Made by a program: the position numbers and the translations under genes. DNA of 63,771 bases, counting the filler, from Collodictyon triciliatum (Eukaryota), in NCBI GenBank assembly GCA_043381765.1. It is 5 parts of 5 records of this genome, joined end to end, with 100 filler letters (N's around TTAATTAATTAA, not from the genome) between each part and the next. Parts side by side here need not be neighbours in the genome. Positions count along the whole stretch, not along the records: positions 1 to 18,231 come from JBHJMP010000107.1; 4 more parts are not named here. The stretch is one strand, 5' to 3'. The notes below the pieces were generated by a model, which saw only the letters and a program-made list of their open reading frames with translations, was not told where the DNA came from and did not search any database. This document shows positions 1-11,941 of the stretch, one piece after another. Numbering within the stretch: position 1 is the stretch's first letter; each line of letters begins with the position of its first letter.

Positions 1-183
1 AAAAAAAAAAAAACAAACAAAACAAACAAAACAAACAAACAAACAAACAAAAAAACAAACAAACAAACAAAAAAACAAAAAACAAAAAACAAACAAACAA
101 AACAAACAAACAAACAACAAACAAAAAAACAAGATTGCAAGATCATGCGGGAAATATAACTCTTCTCATTTCCTAATGCATAC

Positions 184-3100
184 CTTGCAGGACACATGAG
201 TATCAATTGTGGAAATGACGAAAGCAACATTTTTTGGCGATTTTTTAGGTAGCCATGTGAGCAAATGCGGAACCGGCGTTTCTTGGGATGGATGGATTTG
301 ATTCACGGCATCAATCAAGAAGATAAACTTGTCTTGTCTAGGTTTTATTTATTTAAGTAGATTAATACTCACGAAAATGATAAACATTTAAGATCAAGGG
401 TAAATAATATTTACACACATATTTTGTTCTGATAGAGCTTTAAAAAGACCGCTGATACCCTCCTTTCTAAAATCGGATTCTACATATTTGAATGTCATTA
501 CTAAAGCGATTGATGTAGAGAAATAATATTCCGTAATAATTATCAATGCGCGTTTATATAAAGGGAGAGACACCAAAATCGATATTAACCCGTTTTTTGA
601 AGTGAACTCAGATATCCAGTCTTCAAAGTAAATTGCCAGAAGCGCGCGGATATACTGGTTAAATTGAAGGGGGTGAGGTTTGTAATACAATAAATTAATT
701 GAAGAAAGCATATATATGGACTTGTATAGTTCAAATACCTTTCAACATAGTTACTCAAACTAGTACAACCAACAAAATGAAAGCATATATGCGCATTTAT
801 GTGACTAGTGGCTTCTAAATCTCGAATCGTTGCAGCCATTAGAGAGGATTTTCCTATTCCAGACTCAGCCGCCAAAATAGTGATTTGAGACCCATCGCTG
901 TCGAATTGAGTATGGACCTAAAAATATTTTTCATGCTCCAATTAAGGGTTATGCCAGACATTTTTTTTGATCCTTTTCAGATGATTCTCACCATATATTA
1001 GGATTATAAGGAGTTCGTGTTGATGATAAAAAAATCAAGAAAAGTACTTTATAGCGAGAGAAATAATACTCACTCTACCGATGATCTCTTGAAGCATCTC
1101 AGAACGACCTTCAAAACCAGCTAATCTGTGAAGCTTAAATTGTACCTGCGCCTGATCTTCAGGTTCTCTAGCCTATCACAATAATATTCAGATCAAAGTG
1201 AAAGTGAAAAATAAAAGGATAATATGAATGGATTTGAGACATACCTGTTCCTCAGGGAAATCTTCGAGGATAGAATGGCTGACATGCGAGGCCACGAGAT
1301 TTGAAAATTCTTCAGGTCCACGGTAAGTAATGGCTCCATAATGTTGCTGAATTTTGGACTTCAATTCGTATTGGCGAACTCGCTACAAACACAGTGCATC
1401 CGCATGATTTATTTTTAAATTATTAAAAGGAAGGAAAGAAAAGGAAAGGAAAAAAATGAAGATTGTGAGCCCGGGCTTACGCTGGCCTCATTTTCAGCCT
1501 GAAACAGTTTTGTTTCTGATGCATCTTTTGCATGAGCGACAGCATATTGCTCATCTCTGAAGAAGAAAAATGCGCGACTACACGCGGGCTTATCAATCAA
1601 CGCAGCATATTGAATCTAAATAATTTCGGGAAAAAAAAAGAGAGAAGGCTGTGAATAATACGGTTATCTTAATTTGTATAAACTTTGGTTTTGAAAAAAA
1701 GAAAGAGGGAGCAGATGTTACGGGGTGAGAAAAAAAAAAGAACAAGGATAAAAAAAAGGCGATATATTATACAATCAGTAAAGCCTATGGGCGGCATCAG
1801 ACTATTTAAAATAAAGGGTTTGTATGATTACTTCATATTCTGTAACACTAAGCCCTGGAATGTCAGAGAGGAAAGGAAATCTAATATCAGTATCTGGGTG
1901 GTACTGCTTCGGATCAGATTGATCAGGAACCCAGCCATAACGAGCACCAAGAAAACAAACAAAGTAAGGGCATTTCCTTATAGAATCACAACATCGAATT
2001 ACAACCTATACGCAAGAATAGGAATACACAAATTTATTCATATATACGATTTTGTCGAATACTAAATCAAAGGCAGCCAAAGAAAAAAAAAGTCCAGTCG
2101 ATTAGTTGCATTATCTTGAGGTGTCTGGTGAAGATAAATGGAAAATACCCATCCATCATTGCTGTCTTCGGCAGTTAAACCCCATCTCAAATCGATGAAG
2201 ACAAGTTCAAGTCCCTTAGATTTAGCCAAACTCTTGAGCCTAATAGTCACGGTTGTTATCACCAGGACCATTTTGATTTTCTTCATTACGTTGATTTCAA
2301 GGTATTATGATTCACAAGATGCTCAAAGTAAAACTCTTACTCGACAGCACCGTGCTGAAAGAAGCGATCTCGCTCATATTGCATATCTCTAAAAGTTGAG
2401 GATAAGAAAATTCGTAGGACCCTTTGTTCGTATACAACCTTTTCAAGAGGTTTTGTTGTTCTGAATCGCTGTGGAGGGGCAATCCATTTACGGGTTTTTT
2501 TCACCTCTGAATTCTTCGAGATATCAATCTAGTACAGGCAAGTGGCAAAAGGATTAGATACAAATCAACGAACCAATAAACAATATCATAAATTCACACA
2601 TTCTTTCATTAGTATTACGAATACTATATCACAATACCATCAATTATCAAATAAGTGTGACATATCGAATTATTTGAAATAAAAGAAGGTATGATTTTGG
2701 CATTATATTTACTACTATATTCTAAGACGTGTCATATTAACAGTGAGAGGCTGTTACTTTATCCTTGAATAAAGTGGCGAGCAGGAATAGTGATAAACTT
2801 TGTCTTTCCTCAAATGATTCTGATGGCATAAAATATAAGGGCGGTTAAAAATCGACCAAAACATACGTCTACTACTACTACACATGAGAGAATAATTACA
2901 CGGATCTATTTTGCATTTACTTACCTTTGACTGGAAACTCAATTCCCATGTGACCCACAAGTTGCTCAACATTTTGCATTCTTTTCAAGGATTCAGCGTA
3001 CTTGAAATAATATTAATTGGGTCAAATTTTATGATAACAAATTGCCAGTGAATATGAGAATGTGAGAAAAGAGGACAAACTGATTGATAGGGATCTATAC

Positions 3101-4857
3101 TTGTCTTTTGCACGTAATTCCAGAGCTCTTCCAAATTAAGGCATGAATAATATGCATATAAAGATCTAAAATTACACATACCAATTAAGTAAAGCTTGAA
3201 AAAAAAAAGTCACAGAATAACCAATCCTACAAGATATTTTAGAAAAATCATGACCAGAAAAAAAAATAATCATAGGATAATTTATATTTCGTAAAAGTGA
3301 AAGGGTTGATACCACTGAATAGCATTATATCAATTTGGGCGGCCGTTAAGTCATCTTCTGGGACATTCCCTTTCAACCAATTTTTCACAAGCTTTTGGTT
3401 TTCCACAATCCATTCGGGGTTGTCAATATTTTGATCTCTGCATTTTTTTTTAACAAAACGAAAAGCCGAAAATTAGCGGGATTACATGAAAAACTAGAAA
3501 TTTCAATTTTTTTTTTGTTTCTGCTCTCTTTTTCATCCAAAGGTGAACTTCATACATAACAGAACGGGGGCGATATCCTTCCAGATGTTTTCCAGTGATC
3601 GCTCCAATCAACAAGATGAATAAGAACCCATCCTCCATCCTTGAGTCCAGGGCCTCTACCTGAATGTCGAGCTTTGCGAGGTAGTAGTTTATCCATGATA
3701 GAAGCGCCTTGGGTGTGAAAAAAAAACATTTAATCAGCAACAGATTAGATCACTTTGCATTTCCTCAAAATGTTCTCGGGAGAAGAGAGAAGAGAGAAGA
3801 GAGAAGAGAGAAGAGAGAAGAGAGAAGAGAGAAGAGAGAAGAGAAGAGAGAAGAGAGAAGAGAAGCAATCCTGTTGATACCTTCAGGTTTTCCTTATCAG
3901 GATATCCTTCCGATTCAGGCCTGTGGATTGAAGGTAATACTCAGATTTTTATCTTTCAATATAGATACAATACAACCAGGTTGTTTTAAAACACTATTAA
4001 AAAAAAATAGGGGACACATAAGGAGCAACGAAATGACACGAATTGCTTCTTCCTCTTTTTTTTTTTTTTTAAAAAAAAATCTAATAGAATGAAACTGCCA
4101 TCACCATGCAAGAAAGGAGCACAACAAATGAGGGAGGCTTTGGAATCTCAGTCCAGACTTACCCAACCCAACCACTCGCTTCTGGCGCAGGTCCGTCTGC
4201 ACCGGCACCGTCCCCAACATCGGCTCCACGAACAGAGCCAAGCACCGTCCAAAAGCAGACGCAGCCGTCCTTCAACGTGAGGGCCATGCGAAGCCCATTC
4301 TCCACCGGGGCCAGCGATGCCCAGTGCACAACAGGCGAGCGCAGATCCGTGCGCGAAGCAACGGCCTCTCCGCTCTCAAAGTCCCACACAAAAGCCGTGC
4401 AGTCGCCCGCAGCCGCCACAATCCAAACGCGCTGCGGCAGACTTGCCAAGGCCAGAGCCGCAATCGACGTGGCCCGCGACCGAAGCCCCACGAGCGTCCG
4501 GACCAGCGCCCCAGACTGCAGCCCATGCACAAGGATTGCATGCGCACCCGCACCCGCACCCGCGCTCTGCGAGGCCGATAGCACGTCCAGTTGGTTCAAT
4601 GGGGAGGCAAAGACGCACGAGAGTGCGGAATGCGCCCCGGCCGGAAGTCGGGCTGTGGCCACGTCGGCGCGTGTGGGGCGGCTGCGGCTCGACGAGGACC
4701 CGCCGCCAAGAGCCACGAAGCGGCCTTCCAGCCGCACCTGCCCGTCGTGCGTTTCCACTGCGCGGAAGACGCAGCCGTCGAGTTTGTCGAGCCCTTGCGC
4801 AATGGCCGCGAGAAGAACGGGCTCTGGAAGAATCAGCTCTGCGGTGTGGCCGTCCAT
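184..4857 (-). CDS. Multi-exon STAND/NACHT-type NTPase (TEP1/NWD-like): N-terminal WD40-like exon, calponin-homology-like region, DUF4062, NACHT; 3' part runs off the window
   Basis: Spliced GT-AG exons give DUF4062 VLRIFLSSTFRDMQYERD...FIDLRWGLT...CPYFVCFLGARYGWVP...SVTEYEIQYA, Walker A ILAAESGIGKS (~850-880) and Walker B FIFLIDAVNQ (~300-330). CH-like ALLSWINYYLAKL...MEDGFLFILLI at 3555-3708. WD-like WIVAAAGDCTAFVWDFESGE in the GC-rich first exon 4163-4857. Phasing at 3100-3310 not fully resolved. Confidence 0.8.
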
Positions 4858-5040
4858 GGCTTTGCGGTTGCCTTCTTGCTGCCCTTGGTTGCTCGCCTGC
4901 TTCTCCAGAACGTTGCGTTGCCTTGCTGCTTGGGTGGGCGATCGTGCGACCGAGCAAAACACAGCACAATGGATCAGATTAGATCGGAATCGAGAGGAGA
5001 GAAGAGGGAATTGCAGGGTGCAGACATAGTGAAAAGCAAG

Positions 5041-5164
5041 AATAAAACTCATGGGGCTATCACGTGCCTGATGGTTGAATGAAAGGTTGTAGAGACGGGC
5101 TCAGCAGTTGAGATCTTAAGAATAAAGATAAACAAATAAACAAATAAAATAAAACTCATGGGGC
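5041..5164 (+). mobile_element. ~90 bp A-tailed insert flanked by a 17 bp direct repeat (candidate SINE/truncated retroposon)
   Basis: AATAAAACTCATGGGGC at 5041-5057 and 5148-5164; the interior ends in GAATAAAGATAAACAAATAAACAAATAA. Confidence 0.55.
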
Positions 5165-5424
5165 CACCTAAACTGCGCTGGCTCGTAAATGCCTACCACA
5201 AATCCCACAGACAAGCCCCAAGGTTTTTGACAGCTGAGAATTTCTGCCTGTGTGTTCGTGTGTTCAGTCGATACTTTTCTCGTTCTTATTGGCTATTCCG
5301 ACCAAACGAACAAATTAACTTTCGAGCTTTAAGAAAGGGAAAAGAAAGGAATGGCATGTGGGCTTTATCTTTTACTAGAAGGGTTTCATAGCTAGCTGTG
5401 CTTCGCATCGATTCCAACATATGG

Positions 5425-8400
5425 TCATTTAAGTATATTGCTAATTTTTGAAAAGAAATCGTCGTCCTGGCTGTCCCTGTCGCCAGGAAGGGTGCCCTGG
5501 GCAGCCCCCACACCCAATGACTTCAGCAAACCCAACTCATCTTCGTAATTGTGCGCAACCAGTGGGTCCCTTTCTCGAAGAACTTGTGATAGGATTTGCG
5601 TTCGGTATCGAGACCGTGGTAAATCTGAGGTGGGCGATATTACTAAAACGCTCTGGTTCCTTGTCAACAACGGGCTTTTGCCAGGAACTAAGACGCTCGG
5701 GGACAGATTTGGGGATGACGCCGAGGCTGCCCCAACAAAAAGGTGCGGTTTTCCAAAGGCAGGGAACTCTACTCTGGCAGGAGAAAATACCTTCGGCTCA
5801 TTCATTCCCATGGACTGAATCTCGTGTTCTCTTTCCTCATGATCCTCGTCAGTGGTTTCTGAAAGTCGGTGAACAGACGGTAGAGCATTTGTTGGTGTCG
5901 TTTCCTTCTCATCTTCCTCCATCAAGTTCAGTTGTACATAGGATATCAGATCTTGTGTGCCAAGCTCAGTACTTAACTCAAGATCCTTTTCCACCACATA
6001 TCTGGATATATTCTCTAGACACAAACTCATGGCGTTGAAGTATCGATAGATGCGATGGTTATCTAGACTATTCTTTGTGTGTAAGAATCTTTCAAAGGAG
6101 GTCATTTTCAATAAGACGTTTCCATCAGGGTCTATAGTCACCTATAATTTATTGTTAATTTTTATTTATTTTGAATCGAATAAAGGAAAAATAATTATTT
6201 CTATTTCTATTATTATTTTGAAAAGCGCAAAGTTCTCAGGGGGGAAGGGGTAGTCCAAATGGCAAAGTTATACAAGCCACATACTTCATGCCCCACGTGT
6301 TTAAAGAAGAACAGAAATTTAGGAAGAGCTGTCACAATATCCTGGTCACCAGTAATTCTGAATGAATTAGGGACAACCGCATTGTAATATTCTGCAAATG
6401 AATGATTCCCAACTCTAGGAGACCCGAAGTTGTACATAATAACTCTGGTATTCTTGGTGCTATTTTCCGCAATATCTAGTGCAGCAAATGTCGCAAGTGC
6501 ACCACCTGAAGATATACATATATATCAAGTAAAAAGAACCTTAAATCATGTTCAGGATTCGGTTATGAATTAGGTATTTATGACAAGTTAGTAAATTATA
6601 CCGAGACTGTGCCCAGTAACAAGTATGGTAACAGACTCTTTGCCTCCTTTTGGTGTCTCAGAAATTCTTTGTGCTATTGCGCGCACTTTCCCGACCATTG
6701 TCTTTCTTATTTTACTTGGGGTATACAATGGCATCATTGAATATAGGAAAATGGGCTATAAAAGCATTACCAAACTGTGCATTTTCTTATAAGTAGTTTT
6801 ATCAGGCCATTACGATTTTATTATATGCATCATTTTCACAAACCAGTAAGACGTAAAAAACCCCTTATGCACAGCCATGGGGCTTACAGCTTCCATGATT
6901 CCCTGATGGAAACGATTTCCAGAATAGTTCAGCCTATTAAAGAAGAAGGAGAAAGGGGAAGAGGAAGGGGAATACTAAAGGTGTTATTCATTATAGCAGA
7001 GCTTAAATCATATGCATTTGTCCCTTTTAGTTATGGCCAAAACTTATATTATTATCATCCCCACTTGAATCGAATAAAAGAAAATACATATAATTGGCAT
7101 CACCTATTCCGGTCTCGGTTCGGTAATGGTGTCCAATTGCACCTGAACATATTCGCATCTGTTTTTGCATTAACAACAGAATTGGTTCCTCGAAAAGAAA
7201 CGACAATTCGGTTTTCACATATGAAAATGTACGCATGAGTGTCCGTTTCTTCATCAAATATTTTTTCCTATTAAAGAAATGATCATAATCATAACAATAA
7301 TAAACAATAATAAACAATAATAAACAATAATAAACAATAATAAACAATAATAAACAATAATAAACAATAATAAACAATAATAAACAATAATAATAATATA
7401 GCTTATCTTGATTCATAAGACGAGTTTATATTAGAATAGGATATTATCATACTTCCAATTCCGAAAATATCGACTCGCAACTTACCAAAAATTTGTATTC
7501 ACGCAATTTACATTGCATCTTCTCCTCCACCGCAGTCTGTAATTCAAATAACAGCAATAAAATGGTAAATGAAAGAAATGGAAGGAATGCACCAATAATT
7601 CTTTCAGATTTATGAATGAACTATAATATTGCGCAAAATTACACAGCTGGAAAGCAAGAAAAAAAATCAACGAACACTTTCTTCTCGTCTAAATTCTGGA
7701 TCTTCCAAACCTGGTTCAAAATAAACCTAATCCAAATTAATCATTTGAAATTATGATACAAACAAGTAATAAGTCTTTGTGGTAAATGTATCAAATAGAT
7801 ATCTTAACTTATTGAAGGTTGATAAATAAATAATAAATAAAAACCAGATTAAGACATACTTTCAAAGATAACCATGAAAGATTTTTAGCAGTTTGAACAT
7901 AAAATATGTTTTTCTTAAATTGGTCGTCAGGTGGGTCAGGGCCAATAAGTTTTATTTCGACTTTTTCACCATATACTGGAAGGCCAAACTTCAATCCAAG
8001 GGTAACTGAATATTTCATTAGTTTAATTTTGTTCCATCTATCAAATACTATGAATAGTTCGACGAAAAACAAAGAAAGAAATATTAACTGATGTCCTTTG
8101 ATTCTGCTGGGAGGTAAACATAGCCAAGAGTCAAAATGTAAACACTATACATAGGTGTGTTTTAATATGTTAATTTTATCCATTTGAATGACATTTCTCA
8201 TATCTTGATGAGCGGATTTCTCAAAATGTTAAAGTAATATTACGAAGAGAAAAAATTATACCTATACAATATAAGAGAGGACAGCGGTCTATCCTCAACT
8301 ATACCGTAATCAAATTCGTTGTAGGATACAATCATCAGAATAACAAAGTAAATAGAAAAAAAGAATCCCTGATAATTTTTTATAAAAAAAAAGGTCAGTT

Positions 8401-11067
8401 TTCCCCCCTAGAAGTCTCATAAAAGGCTATAAACGGAAAGATAATTATACTTGATTGGTAATCATAATGACAGTAATGACAGTAATGACAACGAAGACCA
8501 TTCATTGCTGAATTCTTCATTAATTACCAGTATCAAAAATAGTCGAAATGATAATTGTCGAAAGCGTGTGAGAATGAACGGTGTTCCTTTGAGAAAGCGA
8601 CTCAACTCTCTTGATTTATGGTATTTAGATGTGAGAAAGGTTAGCGTTGTATAATTACAAACTTTTCAATCAAGCCCTATAAACCCTAGTCGAGATAGCA
8701 TGAACCTGATTCTTTTGATGAACCACAGGCTCCATGTAAGATAAATAATGCCCATCACAATTGTAAGGCCCACATATGCCTTGAATGCTTCTTCATCCTT
8801 TGAAAAAATTGTTCATAAAGATAAAATGCAAAAGATACGACATGCATTGTATATAGACTAAACACTCATACACGAGGAATGGCTTGGTCGTCATCCAAGA
8901 AATCAGTGAAGCTAGTGGGTTTTTTTTCTCAAATTAATTACAGGAAAATTTTTGAAATTGGAATTAATGCGGCAGATATATATAATGTATCGTATACCCC
9001 AAACCATCCGGTAGGCGATTCTTTTTAATTAACTGGACAGATATGACGACAAAAAATGTAATCGCTCCGTACGTTATTTTGTAAATGAAAAAACTTAACG
9101 TATACTTCAAACTAGGACGCTGGTTATTTTTAAAAGAAGCAGAACGACCAAGATTTCGAAGATTGAGATAAGAAAAAGAAAAGAAAAGAAAAGAAAAGAA
9201 AAGAAAAGAAAAGAAAAGAAAAGAAAAGAAAAGAAAAGAAAAGAAAAGAAAAGAAAAGAAAAAGAAAATATGACGTTAGATGTAAAAAGTTTGTATGACA
9301 CCAAGATGAAAAATTTAGCTCCTTAAAGAGGATGTACATTTGTTTATATTAATATCAGGATAGCGTATATGCCACAATTTGCTATGGGATGTAGAGTATT
9401 TTAATATATATCATAAGGTGAGTAAATACCCTCAATTCCTCGATAATTATCATAAATACCACCAAAAAGATGACGTTTGATAAACTGTTTGATATCAAAG
9501 ACAGTGTCAGCAGCGACTGTTCTCCTGTTATAATTGACGGAATCTCGTTTATGCGATTCATGAATATGCAAGCACCAACGAGAAATGCAATCCAACTATA
9601 CCGAAGAGCATTGAAATACAGTTATTGTTATTGTTGTTGTGCAAATAATTATACCTTCTAAAGAAAGGATAAGTTAAGTAAAAGTTAACATGGGGTGGCA
9701 TACCGCTGTTCTGGGTGAGGATGGTCGTGATCGATTCTCACTGATCGAATGTAAGCAATGAGAAAAGAGCAGGCACAAACGAAGAATATTACCAAGAAAC
9801 TGAAGACCACACCAGTAAAAGATTCTTTTTGCCAATAAACCTAGGAGAAATATAAAAACAGCATAGACATATAATACAGTGAATCAGCAATAATATATTT
9901 TAATCGCAGTTACTTTTTGCATACTAAGGGAGGTATTACGTACAATATATTCTGTCTGTCCATAATCTTCAAACAATTCCTCTTGAAGTGTGATGTTGAA
10001 AAGTATTTCGTGGTTTCTTATCGGAGCGAAGAGAAATATGATGTGGTCAAGGCAGTAGTCACCAATCTGTAGCAGTATCAAACATATCAGAGATTTATTG
10101 CAATATGCGATAATAAAACCTTTAAAAAATCATCGTACGTACTTTCCCAATTCTCCAATAGCTTTACCTTTTTGCAGGAAAGATTTCTTGTGTAATCTTC
10201 ACTCATCTTCTCAGTCCATTCTTCAGATGGAGAATTCCTTCCAAATACCTCAACCTAGGGAACAGATAGGTTAAGAGAGTCACTTTGTAGACCCTTCAAC
10301 GCATCTCCTATTTTATTCCATAAAAAAATTGTCCGGCCAATCATTATTGTAGTTAACCTGATAGTTGATTTCCTGGTCAATATCTGAGTTGCTGGTTGAT
10401 TTGACTCTTCCGATTGCATAAATATATTTGCTCAACTCTGATAAATTTGAAATTTCAAAAGTATATACGATGCCCTTGGTATTCTGAGAAAATAAAATAT
10501 TAACACAAATACATATGCACACAACTAATGCAAATAGCAAATATGATTCATGATTCATGATTCATAACTTAGAAATTATTGTAAAGCTGCATCTTTTGAT
10601 CTTCCAGTTGAAAAACCATGACAAAGGAGGGTAATCAATGATACATCAATATAAAGATATAGTATGTAATGGTGGAAATAAAGAGTTTACATTATAGAAG
10701 CAGTTATTTGTTATGGTATCTGTGCAGGGAATACTCAGCAATCTCCTTTCATGCAGTCTGATCCTCGTATCTACACATCGATAAATAAACAAATAAACAA
10801 ATAAACAAATAAACAAATAACAGATAAAATAATTTGCAGCATGGATCATGGGCTTCAGCTGCACAAAACAAATGGATGGCAATGTAGCTTGTGAGACCAA
10901 CCCATGGAGGCCAAGACAACACACACGATGAAAGATGCAACGATCACAAAGAGCATCAATGAGACACCGGTCTTTTGCATGATTTCCAGTTTGATCGTAG
11001 TGAAACGCAGCTCTGACTTCTCTGACGCCGGCTTCAGGGAAGTGCTTTCTTTCATCGACGGTTCCAT
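5425..11067 (-). CDS. TMEM181/Wntless-like multi-pass membrane protein fused to a class 3 lipase (Lipase_3) with a Ser/Pro-rich tail
   Basis: N-part: KLEIMQKTGVSLMLFVIVASFIVCVVL, YTRNLSC, VYWQKESFTGVVFSFLVIFF...HPEQRWIAFL, YILTLGYVYLP (TMEM181-like pattern). C-part: IVVSFRGT, VHKGF, VTGHSLGGALATFAA, YNFGSPRVGN, DIVTALP, HVGHEV, SLDNHRI. Stop TGA at 5425-5427. Start is approximate. Confidence 0.8.
7292..7396 (+). repeat. (AATAATAAAC)n intronic tandem repeat
   Basis: Directly visible 10-mer array. Confidence 0.9.
9171..9267 (+). repeat. (AAAAG)n microsatellite
   Basis: Directly visible, intronic. Confidence 0.9.
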
Positions 11068-11941
11068 TTGTCCCAGCAAAGGGGGATCTAGGGAGTCCAG
11101 CGAAGGAAACAAATCGGAGCAAGAAATGAGAGAAACAAGAGCCAGCCAATAGGTTTTGTTAGAAAAGAAACATCTTGCGGCCAACTGTGAAACAATAACG
11201 TGCCCGAGGGCTTTACAGCTTACAAGCCTTTCGCTTCCTGAAGCCTGGCCCATATGGCAGTTTCCATGGCTCCTGATGCCGCCTTGTGCGAGTTGATGCA
11301 GCGGATGAATATATTGAAGATTCCACAAAAGATGAATATCATTGAAACACTTCGCCAAAAAAAACAAAACAAACCTGTCAAACGCCGCTGGTGGCTATTT
11401 TCCTCCTCAGAGTTCGAACCGGTGGTAAATCCTTTCACTGTTTTCTTTTGTCGCGCTGTTGTTATTGGTAGCCGGAAGGAGTGCAGGATTATGGCTTCCC
11501 AAGGTAGATGCATTTCTCTGTGTTTTATAAACCCGCTTCATTCTTGGAGATGGTATCTGGGAGAGCACAAGGGTGAACATAGGCGGGATTACAAGACCAC
11601 ACCCGCATTGCAACTCCCATCTGTGAAAGATATTCATCAGGAAAGAATGCAACAGAAGGAGAAAAAAAGCAAAAAGTTATCAACAATGTAATACGAGAAA
11701 TGGACAAAGAAAGTGAGAAAAGGTATCTCCCACCCAATAGATATATATTAACATCTGCCTTATGAAGCGCATGAATATTTTGTTTATTTGTTTGATTGCT
11801 GAGACAGAGCACACACAAAAAATGAGCAGTGAGACGGAAGGGAACATGTCAAAGAGCCCGAAAACTTGTGAATCTTGTTCTTTCGAAAGAGACAAGCACG
11901 GTTGGGTGACAACAAAACTTCCTCTCTGTCCAGAGTTGTGC

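Noticed and set aside
4106-5082. Multiple long overlapping ORFs (307, 221, 197, 163 aa)
   Set aside because: Shadow frames of one GC-rich exon; only the 4857-4163 frame splices into the downstream gene.
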